Assembly: GCA_041640035.1 (NCBI GenBank)
Contig: JBEQBC010000007.1
Coordinates: forward strand, 1 to 34,144
Reading direction: 5' to 3'
DNA from: Candidatus Nanohaloarchaea archaeon
GTDB lineage: Archaea; Nanohalarchaeota; Nanosalinia; Nanosalinales; Nanosalinaceae
Length of the DNA stretch: 34,144 bases
A program made the translations under genes and the position numbers. Shown piece by piece: positions 27,401 through 34,144 of this stretch. Each line of letters opens with the position of its first letter. The stretch's first letter is position 1. Under the pieces are notes generated by a model. The model saw nothing but the letters and a program-made list of their open reading frames with translations. It was not told where the DNA came from and did not search any database.

Positions 27401-28010
27401 TCTGGTCTTGGTTGCTTCCTAGGTCTACTTCTCCTGCTCCTGTGTCGATCCCTGTTACCTCGTATTCTTCTCCGAGAAGTGTGATTGTTTCGTCTGTGTC
27501 GAAGCTTGGACTGTAGCTTACCGAATAACTTACCGTGTTGGAGCTTACTGTGGTTTCTACTGTATCGTTTACTGCGATGGTGTTGACTCCGGTGTTGGTT
27601 ACATCTATATTTTCTACGATGTAGTGGTCTGTGTCGTCATCCGCTGTTACGACTTCTCTGACTAGGTTGCTGTAGTCTGATTTATCGATTGAAAGGCTGG
27701 AAAGGCTTCCACGGATAGCCACATCTTTGCTAACCCCGTTTACACTGGTGGTTTCTCCTGAGCCTTCAACGGTCTGTGTAGTATTGCTGTACGCGTCGTT
27801 TCCAAGTGTTGTCGCGATATCTATAGCTGATACAACATCGGATGTTTTTGCGTCTTCTCCTACTACGATGCTAGAGCTTAGTGCTCCGTCATCGTCTACG
27901 AAAGGTTGTGGTAGGTCTCCAAGGTTTTGAGCTGCTGCACCGGAAGCCAGGAGCGTTACTCCAAGCAAGCCGGCAGAAAACTTCTTCGAAAGCTTGCGGA
28001 TCTTTTTCAT
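24405..28010 (-). CDS. S-layer protein (S_layer_N / S_layer_C type) with a large internal insert
   Basis: Signal peptide MKKIRKL..GAAA|Q, N-domain L..PQPFV...IVVG..A..SDVVSAIDIA and C-domain LILVGGPDVN.LT...ALVVAG....T..A. Confidence 0.88.
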   Translation of the reverse strand: MKKIRKLSKKFSAGLLGVTLLASGAAAQNLGDLPQPFVDDDGALSSSIVVGEDAKTSDVVSAIDIATTLGNDAYSNTTQTVEGSGETTSVNGVSKDVAIRGSLSSLSIDKSDYSNLVREVVTADDDTDHYIVENIDVTNTGVNTIAVNDTVETTVSSNTVSYSVSYSPSFDTDETITLLGEEYEVTGIDTGAGEVDLGSNQDQNGLEVGDSYTHGPYTVEVVDKDQSNSEIYVSISKDGDELKSTGLGTGNTTTVDNGKFEVTADSVFFGSQRDYIDVTSTYSEYTLVDGEDSEITPDYKTSLTFQSGKISKISLSNQVAAVDKNSDNLNEDEVEALEAGDSFQGPQGYFTLANTGLTNEATEEITFSEDYTVEYTDKEGFDQSLDIRNLVAGATSTLYNFNDGSTTSPTMFVDDGTNVGTYEDEDDVLKATREVGNSNLGSSTISDFSASEYYIASSSGFDGNQAIVDSGDNQLNPGEIEKGGSSGVLSAIGSSVKYVDTEADSQYTGDGSGNALEPIYSTSASTVDSTATRETSITVASTSSGGSTGDINRNLAGTGPAQVSSADFDTGFTLSSLTGSWHYVDADGSTTGSYSDGDELVYDTDSSSGISSGDIVFPEGNSPYVATSSGVNFDGTATLNNIDYDTAGGDDGSYGSGDSVILDFGTDQSSQGATFEAVDYDITSGSYGPANNFDGNLGSAQLSYWDVDESGGYSADKAIYVDHDGSGSIAATDVRATIFSTQTYSAGSGVTSTGADVGVSLNQLDEYYLENTGDTSLDVGSEAIIRSSDTNLDASGTDTVIVSGGFSNSQQSFTAGKTMYVGSNAYDGSQDILEVNQITTGNNQVALSGKTLHNFGTNIKHTSDDEDNAYVDGDAIVDDDGDSVYQAGTDTVITGSISGGILEDGSGDKDLYTDVSGHPVRVQFDDSADEVTVSYETFEQTVSVGDSSTTHDTGYGFSFTTSFDSTGGNGEEDFTLSSSDKTLDTQLGAEIRYDSGNSAIDVKEGSGSFDNLQVGYDGSNQVDSLDSNNGISSTTSETTTISNYGTQVDFEPEGSASFSYPENQRYASHAVGEVSTSQSGDSSYNLIEPQGTSEVGVLDSEASTSQDLILVGGPDVNDLTEDLAEQGDSWTGDEYTEGEGLLQMVSDAFTDGYDALVVAGQTAEDTTAAGNFLADYDENLEDLEGKSQAVIDSETGELVEE

Positions 28011-28101
28011 AGTTAAACAATTAGAAATAATGAGTCGGTCCCGTATAAAATGTACGCCCGGTAAATTCGGAGCCTGTAGAATATGTGTCGTTAAGCTGGT
28101 T

Positions 28102-29814
28102 TTACCTGTTTATTCCGAAGTTACCTTTCTCGTTTTCCAGCTCTCTTCTTAGGTTCTCGATTATCTGTTCGGCCCGGTCGTAGTTTTCGTTCTCCACTGC
28201 AAGTTCTGCCTGACCGATCTTTCTTCTTGCATCGCTTCTGACGCTGTCGTCGTAGTGGTGTGCTCTCAGCAGTCTTGCGACTTCATCCATCTTGTCAGCG
28301 ATCTCTGATTCACGGCTGTCTCCGAACATTGCTGCGATGCTGTCTTTCTTCATGACGATTACTGCTGTGAAGGCTAGAACAGCCAGTACTGCTGCTACTT
28401 CTTTCACCGGTAGTCCTGATGAGCTTTCTGTAGTATCTGAACTCATTCTCTGTGCTTCTTCTGCAAGTATCTCTGCTCGACTGTAGTCGCCTTCCTCGTA
28501 TGCGTCCTGTGCTCTTTCAAGTAGTTCATTGGCTTCTGTTTCTTCCTCTACTGTCTGGTTTGCCTGTTCGATGGTTTCCTCTGCTGTTTCTCTCGGTGAC
28601 TGTTCACAGTTCTCTGTACATTCTTCTTCCTGATCTCTTGTTCCGCTTGAAGTTGCTGCGAAGTATCCTGGCGGATCTATTATGGTTTCGAAACGGTAGC
28701 TGGTATCTGTTTCACCTACAAGTACTGTGCTAAGTTCCTGCCAGCCCCCTGCGTTGAAGCTCTGGATCATCATCTGTGAAGGGTATATACTGTTCTGTTC
28801 CAGCCGTGTTTTCGACTGTTTGAAAGTTGTTGCGATACTGCTGATCTCTGATGTATCCGCACCATTTATCTGGATCCTGTAGTATGTGAGAGCTGAGTCA
28901 ACAGCTGATACCTCTGTAGGAGCTGCTCTACCCAGATTAGTTACCTCTACTGAGAAGTTAGATGCACCCTGATTTTTAGACACTGTTAGTCTTTCTACTC
29001 CTGTCGCACCTGATTCCTGTAGATCGATTTCAACCTCTGAACTGTTATCTGCATAATTTACATCTGCTGTAACCGTGTTTCCTGAATCTGTTACATCCAC
29101 AGTTAGTTCCTGATCTGATGTACTTCCTCCTGTTGTAGGTACTCCGCCTCCAGCGAAAGAGCCCCCGCCTCCGGACCCACCTCCGGTTGAACCTGAACTT
29201 ACCTGTATATTCTGCGTTGTGGTATCTGTGTTACCTACCAGATCTGTCACTGTCAGTTCAACTGTTTTCTCACCTGTACTTGAGAAAGAGACGGAAGGTG
29301 TTTCTCCCTGTGCACCGGAAACACTCCAGTCGTAATTCAGTATCTGTGTATCGTCGCTGGAACCTGAAGCATCAAGCTCCACTGATTCGCCTGTAGTAAC
29401 TGTGCCAGGTACCGAGAATGAGGCTGTCGGGTTTTCGCTGTCTGATCCGGTGAGGTCTTTTTCTGTGCTGTTTCCGCTGTAGTATGTTGATTCTCCTACC
29501 TCCTCGTTACCGGTTCGGAAGGTGATTGTGTCGCCGGATCCGCCGCCACATACTACGAATCGGTCGTCCTGGTCTGCGTATGTTCCCTGTGATACTGAGG
29601 TCTGTACGCTTACCTTTTCTCCGTCTATGTATGCGGATACTTCTGTTCCCTGTGGTGCTGGTTCTCCGTTTATCGTGAGGTCTCCTCTGAAGTCATGTGG
29701 TATGGAGGGTGCTCCTGATGAGTCTGAGGATGAAAGGCAGTCGCTGGCAGCCCCTAGAGAGGGTAAAGCCAGTAGTACTAGTGCCAGCGCTGCTATTTTC
29801 TTCATCTTTATCAT
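28102..29814 (-). CDS. Cell-surface protein with PKD and PGF-pre-PGF-like domains, a C-terminal TM and a cytoplasmic tail
   Basis: Signal peptide, PHDFRG.LTINGEPAP.GT domain, PKD (PTASF...LDASGSSDD..I..YDW...LTVTD), Gly linker, PGF-pre-PGF-like region (GWQELST...YRFE...PPGYFA) and a TM. Confidence 0.82.
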   Translation of the reverse strand: MIKMKKIAALALVLLALPSLGAASDCLSSSDSSGAPSIPHDFRGDLTINGEPAPQGTEVSAYIDGEKVSVQTSVSQGTYADQDDRFVVCGGGSGDTITFRTGNEEVGESTYYSGNSTEKDLTGSDSENPTASFSVPGTVTTGESVELDASGSSDDTQILNYDWSVSGAQGETPSVSFSSTGEKTVELTVTDLVGNTDTTTQNIQVSSGSTGGGSGGGGSFAGGGVPTTGGSTSDQELTVDVTDSGNTVTADVNYADNSSEVEIDLQESGATGVERLTVSKNQGASNFSVEVTNLGRAAPTEVSAVDSALTYYRIQINGADTSEISSIATTFKQSKTRLEQNSIYPSQMMIQSFNAGGWQELSTVLVGETDTSYRFETIIDPPGYFAATSSGTRDQEEECTENCEQSPRETAEETIEQANQTVEEETEANELLERAQDAYEEGDYSRAEILAEEAQRMSSDTTESSSGLPVKEVAAVLAVLAFTAVIVMKKDSIAAMFGDSRESEIADKMDEVARLLRAHHYDDSVRSDARRKIGQAELAVENENYDRAEQIIENLRRELENEKGNFGINR

Positions 29815-32800
29815 CCTAGTTCTTCTTCAGTGTTCATCCCTGCCAGTGTGTCGTCGTTCTCCATGAAGACCCAGTAACCTTCGTATGGGTACATTCCGTA
29901 GGTTTCACTGTTGTCAAGGTTGGATGTGAATACGCTCCAGTCTGCCTCGTTTCCTGAAGGGGATATAACGGTTGAGTATCCTGTGTCTTCCTTTGTGATT
30001 CCGCTTACTGAGTTCAGGAAGTATTCTGAGGCCATGTAGGTGCTTTTCGGTCTGTCTATTCCTGCGTTGACTGCTAGTCCTACAAGGTTCCATCCCTGGT
30101 CCAGTTCTCTGACTGCTGGTCTTACTGCTGTGTTTCCTCTCTTGCTCTGCCATTTGAAACCGATTCCGTCGGTCTCTGAGGCCTTGATGTAGTAGGCTTC
30201 CAGTGGTTTGAGGTTGTGGCTGTCTTCAAGCTGTTCCCAGTTCTCGTTCTCTACATCATATCTGTAGGCGATCGAACTGTTCATACCGTTTCCGTACTGC
30301 TTGAGTTCTCCCCATTCTGATTCGTAAAGTCTTCTAGGTGTTGATATCAGGTTCCATCCTGGCTGCATCGCCATGGTTTGATCCATGGTTTCGGATGTTT
30401 TCTGTGATCCGAGTAGCCATGGCCGTGCCATCGGAAGTGCTCCGCTGTAACTGTCTCTGATCAGGATGTCTCCTCTCTCGTACTCTGATACCTGTCCGTC
30501 GTAAAGGTTCTTGACGAACGGTGTAGGTCCTGCGCCTGATCCCCACCAGTTGTCCTCAAGGTTTCCGGTTGAGCTGACCAGTCCTACTCCGTAGTAACTG
30601 TTTCCTGCTATATCAGTCATTGAGACATTTACATGTGAGCTATCTGCTATGAGTGCTGCACGATTTCTTTCGATATCTGAATCTGTCAGCTTCATATCCG
30701 AGTACTGTCTTGCTGATGTCGCGAAGTTGTTGCTGTAGGAACTCATGTTCTCCACTCTGATATCTGTCTGCATCACCGATATACCGATGTAGTTGTCTCT
30801 GAACTCAGAATCCATCACTTTAACCTGATAACTGTCCGTGGCGGTTATGCTTGGTGCTTCTTCTGTTCCGATTGCTTCTCTGAGTTCGCTTGGCGAGCTG
30901 TACTGGCTTGCTTTCTCTCTGATTGTTTCTATCCGTTCGCCTACGCTTTCTACTGCGTTCACTGTTTCCCGTGCGTCGATAGCTGATGATGCTGTGAACT
31001 GCTGGAAGTCGCTGGTGTCAGGTGTGGAGTATACTCCGTAAGAGTTGTTGTAGAATCTGCTGTCTTTCACTACTGCTTCTACTCCTGGTGTGGTGAGGAC
31101 TGCTCCTCCGTACTGACTGGATCCAAGGTTTCTGAATGTCACATCTTTGACTGTCAACGGTGTGTCATCTGTGCTGTCCTGTGTGTAAAGTACTCCGGCT
31201 GCTGCTCCAACTATCTCCAGGTTCTTGATCGTTACTGGTTCGGCGTTTACATCCATGACCAGGTGCTGTGCTCTTCCTGAGATGGTTACATCTCCCTGTC
31301 CCTTGATGGTGACTGCTTTGTCGATTGTAAGCGGTAATGTGTCTTTGATCCCGGTGTAGGTGTCTTTGACTATGATTGTGTCTCCGGAGTTCGCGTTGTT
31401 CACTGCTTTCTGGATCGAGCTGTATGACTTGTCCGTACCTGAGATAACCACTGAGTCGCTGTTCGCTGTGATCAGGTCTGTGGTCTTGCTGACTTCTCCG
31501 CTTGGAATCGATTCGTATGCGTTCATCCCTGGGAAGGAGAATGTGTATGTGTAGTTGTCTCCGCTGTTTGGAAGTGTTACGGTTTCCTCGAATGTCCCTG
31601 CGATTCCGTATCCTTCGTTAGCGTCCTGTGTTGAAAGTACTCTTCTTGGCTGGTCTGTGTTGCCGTCCTTGAATACCTTCAGGCCTTGACAGTTTGAGTC
31701 TCTTACCTGGCAGATTCCCTGGTAGACTGCGTCTGTTCCGCTTCCTGCGTCTTCAGGTCCTTTCAGTTCAAATCCGACATTCTTAGGTTCGACGACTGCG
31801 TCCTCAACAATCATTGTATGTGAGTTGCCTGAGTCGTCCTCAACAACCATCTTGACATCGACTTTTTCGTAACCGTTCTTAGGGATGCTTCCCTGTAATT
31901 GGAAGTTGTCTTCTACTTCATTTGCCAGTCTCCAACTGCTTTTGTTCCCTGAGCTACGGTATCGGTAGTAAACTGCTAAGTTTGTACCTGGATTGTTGTC
32001 TCCTCCTGTTATATCGAAGTCGACTGAATTACCTGAGAACTTGACAGGCATATTGATGTCGGAGAAGTATGGTGGTACTCTGTCGGAGCCTTTGGTGATA
32101 TCGTAATGGGTTTCGATTCTGCTCCATGCCGGCATGTCCTCTATCATCGACATCTCCAGTTCGATTCTGTAGTCGGTGTTGTCCTTCAGGTTTCTGGTTA
32201 TTCCATACCAGTAGAAGCTGTCCCTCTGATCCAGGGTCTTGCTTCCGTTCTCGTAGATCCTGAGGGTTGGTCTTCCTTCTCCTTCGAACTCTGTGTTTCC
32301 ATTAGGTCCTCTGAGAAGATTCTCGATTCGTATATCATTGTAAGCGGTGATCTGAGCTTTTCCAGGTAGTACAGGAAGTTCTCCTAGTGATGACTGTGAT
32401 CCTGTGTTCTCTGGCGGAAGTGTCTGCCCCCAGCTGAACGGTCCTACATCCACATCCAGTTCGTAATCTGCCTGTGCTGCTTCCAGTTCGTGTGTGGTGA
32501 TGCTTGTCGGTACTGCTGTATCTGTTCCGAGGAACGGACCGAGATAAGAGCCTGAAGTCTGCCATGAAACCGTTCTATCGTACTCCGTCTTATCCGTAAG
32601 GTTTCCAGGATAAGCTACTGATACAGGGGTGGTCCTTGTTTCTGAGAAGGATACATCTCCGATGTCTGACTGTGTGTCGAATGTTGCTGCTGTCGCGTAG
32701 ATATCCTTGGCTACTTCTTTGTGGACATCGGCTGCTTCTCCACATCCGTTGCTGCAGATACTGTTTTCCTGTTTCAGTGCGAGTCCTGAGATGGTTACAT

Positions 32801-34142
32801 CCCAGTCGACATCTGCGTCGTCAGCTACCTTGGATACATGTACGGTCTGGTCTCCGAGCGCCTCCATATCTATGTTGCCGACAACTCCGGCGTCCCAGCT
32901 TTCCTGGCTCATGAAACCGATTTCCATGGATCTGTGCCACAGAGTGTTTCCGTTCCATGTCCCGGGGTAGTTTACTGCTGTAGCTGTCGACGCATCCAGT
33001 GTAACACTGTTTACGGAGGAGGTATCGACTTCTTCCTGTAAGACGAATTTTTCATCCGTTCCGAGTTTGAGTGCGGATACCACATAGTTGTCCTGTGGTA
33101 GTGCTATCTGTGTTGATCCTCCGCTTAGTTCAACCTGTTCGACTTCGTCTCCGTTCGCTGCGTTGTTGATGTATACTTCTGCTGAAGTGTCTGTTCCTGT
33201 GCTGTCGTGGACATTTACTGTCAGGTAGTTTCTTTTGACGAAGCTGTATGGAAGTCTGTGTTCTATCTGGTTTCCGTCCGAGTTGACTACTGCGGTTACT
33301 GTTCCTTCCAGGATCCCGCTACAGCTTCCTGCATTGGTTACATCCATGGTGATGTCTTTACCTGCTTCTGAGCTGATGGTTGTGTCGTTTGCTGAGAAGC
33401 TGAAGGTAGGTGAGCAGCCTCCTGAGCTTTCAAGGTTGTCTGGATCTTCTACATAGAAGGTGACCGTCGCGGAGTCGTCTCCTGGTAGAAGGCTTACATT
33501 GAAGGTTTTGGAGAAGCTTGTTGAGTCGACTTCTCCCATGAAAAGTGAGGATTTCTTGAATGATACTGATGCGTTCACTGCTTCTGTCAGGTTGATCCGT
33601 CCTGCTCCCTGCGTGAAAACATCTTCTCCTATACTGTTTGAAGTTGTTTTCAGTACTGAGGTGGTTTCGTTGACTGTAAGGTCTCTGTCCTGCATCAGAA
33701 GGGCTGCTGCGCCGGATACATGTGGTGTTGCCATTGATGTACCCTGGATGCTGTTCCATCCTCCGTCGATCCATGCTGCTTTGATCCCTACTCCTGGTGC
33801 TACCAGGTCAGGTTTGATTCCGGCTACTGAGCCATTGCTGTAGTAAACCGGTCCTCGGCTGCTGAAGTATGCTATATCGTCGTTTCCGTCTACTGCTCCT
33901 ACGGAGAGTGCGTCTTTTGCGTTACCTGGGCTTCCGACTGTTCGGTAGCTGCTTCCATCGTTTCCTGCTGCTACGACTGCGAGTACGCCGCTTGAGACAG
34001 CTGAGTTGATTGCCTTAGCTTTAGCTGAGTTTGCTGCTCCTGGTCCTCCAAGTGAAAGAGAGATAATGTCCAGGTGGTCGCTGGTGTTTCCGTCTCCGTT
34101 AGGGTCGACTGATCTTTCTATTGCGTCGATTATGTCGCTTGA
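29811..34142 (-). CDS. Large extracellular S8 subtilase (Vpr-like) with beta-sandwich regions, a right-handed beta-helix and a C-terminal GWNL domain; 5'-truncated by the window
   Basis: The frame is open to the window end: DIISLSLG, VVAAGNDG, FSSRGP, IKPDLVAPG and catalytic GTSMATPHVSGAAALL. Later come SIQKAVNNA.SGDTI.V, beta-helix coils, NWWG and PGWNLISTP...GWNLVG...EGYWVF. Confidence 0.92.
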   Translation of the reverse strand, partial: SSDIIDAIERSVDPNGDGNTSDHLDIISLSLGGPGAANSAKAKAINSAVSSGVLAVVAAGNDGSSYRTVGSPGNAKDALSVGAVDGNDDIAYFSSRGPVYYSNGSVAGIKPDLVAPGVGIKAAWIDGGWNSIQGTSMATPHVSGAAALLMQDRDLTVNETTSVLKTTSNSIGEDVFTQGAGRINLTEAVNASVSFKKSSLFMGEVDSTSFSKTFNVSLLPGDDSATVTFYVEDPDNLESSGGCSPTFSFSANDTTISSEAGKDITMDVTNAGSCSGILEGTVTAVVNSDGNQIEHRLPYSFVKRNYLTVNVHDSTGTDTSAEVYINNAANGDEVEQVELSGGSTQIALPQDNYVVSALKLGTDEKFVLQEEVDTSSVNSVTLDASTATAVNYPGTWNGNTLWHRSMEIGFMSQESWDAGVVGNIDMEALGDQTVHVSKVADDADVDWDVTISGLALKQENSICSNGCGEAADVHKEVAKDIYATAATFDTQSDIGDVSFSETRTTPVSVAYPGNLTDKTEYDRTVSWQTSGSYLGPFLGTDTAVPTSITTHELEAAQADYELDVDVGPFSWGQTLPPENTGSQSSLGELPVLPGKAQITAYNDIRIENLLRGPNGNTEFEGEGRPTLRIYENGSKTLDQRDSFYWYGITRNLKDNTDYRIELEMSMIEDMPAWSRIETHYDITKGSDRVPPYFSDINMPVKFSGNSVDFDITGGDNNPGTNLAVYYRYRSSGNKSSWRLANEVEDNFQLQGSIPKNGYEKVDVKMVVEDDSGNSHTMIVEDAVVEPKNVGFELKGPEDAGSGTDAVYQGICQVRDSNCQGLKVFKDGNTDQPRRVLSTQDANEGYGIAGTFEETVTLPNSGDNYTYTFSFPGMNAYESIPSGEVSKTTDLITANSDSVVISGTDKSYSSIQKAVNNANSGDTIIVKDTYTGIKDTLPLTIDKAVTIKGQGDVTISGRAQHLVMDVNAEPVTIKNLEIVGAAAGVLYTQDSTDDTPLTVKDVTFRNLGSSQYGGAVLTTPGVEAVVKDSRFYNNSYGVYSTPDTSDFQQFTASSAIDARETVNAVESVGERIETIREKASQYSSPSELREAIGTEEAPSITATDSYQVKVMDSEFRDNYIGISVMQTDIRVENMSSYSNNFATSARQYSDMKLTDSDIERNRAALIADSSHVNVSMTDIAGNSYYGVGLVSSTGNLEDNWWGSGAGPTPFVKNLYDGQVSEYERGDILIRDSYSGALPMARPWLLGSQKTSETMDQTMAMQPGWNLISTPRRLYESEWGELKQYGNGMNSSIAYRYDVENENWEQLEDSHNLKPLEAYYIKASETDGIGFKWQSKRGNTAVRPAVRELDQGWNLVGLAVNAGIDRPKSTYMASEYFLNSVSGITKEDTGYSTVISPSGNEADWSVFTSNLDNSETYGMYPYEGYWVFMENDDTLAGMNTEEELG

Positions 34143-34144
34143 TG

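Noticed and set aside
29811-33734. ORF-track start at MATPHV (33734)
   Set aside because: That Met follows the catalytic Ser. The frame is open to the window edge, so the true start lies outside the window.

Overview
This window is a gene-dense archaeal chromosome segment. The very acidic proteins, the archaeal rpl18e-rpl13-rps9-rpo10 cluster, short intergenic spacers and a Methanococcus/Thermococcus-type (not haloarchaeal) S-layer gene point to a halophilic DPANN archaeon, most likely Nanohaloarchaeota (inference). The first half carries a glyoxalase/ring-cleavage dioxygenase plus esterase pair, a PduO-type cobalamin adenosyltransferase and an orphan ADP-ribosyltransferase-like gene. It also carries a split three-part ATP-citrate lyase (citryl-CoA synthetase beta and alpha plus citryl-CoA lyase, with a HAD gene wedged in), tRNA-Glu(TTC) and a pilin. 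A kinase-less HAMP sensor lies next to a circularly permuted, membrane-anchored metallo-beta-lactamase-fold hydrolase, followed by a possible ESCRT-III/PspA-like coiled-coil gene, HIT/ZIP/Nudix/MFS genes and LemA plus GIDE. The second half holds ribosomal genes, a GT2 plus GT-C glycosylation cassette with two paralogous sequon-rich proteins, and a cell-surface locus. That locus comprises a mini S-layer paralogue, a 1201-aa S-layer protein with a ~520-aa Asp-rich insert, a PKD/PGF-pre-PGF protein and a >1440-aa subtilase/beta-helix protein cut off by the window edge. No CRISPR array, rRNA, integrase or transposase was seen. All family calls come from motif recognition by eye; no searches were run.
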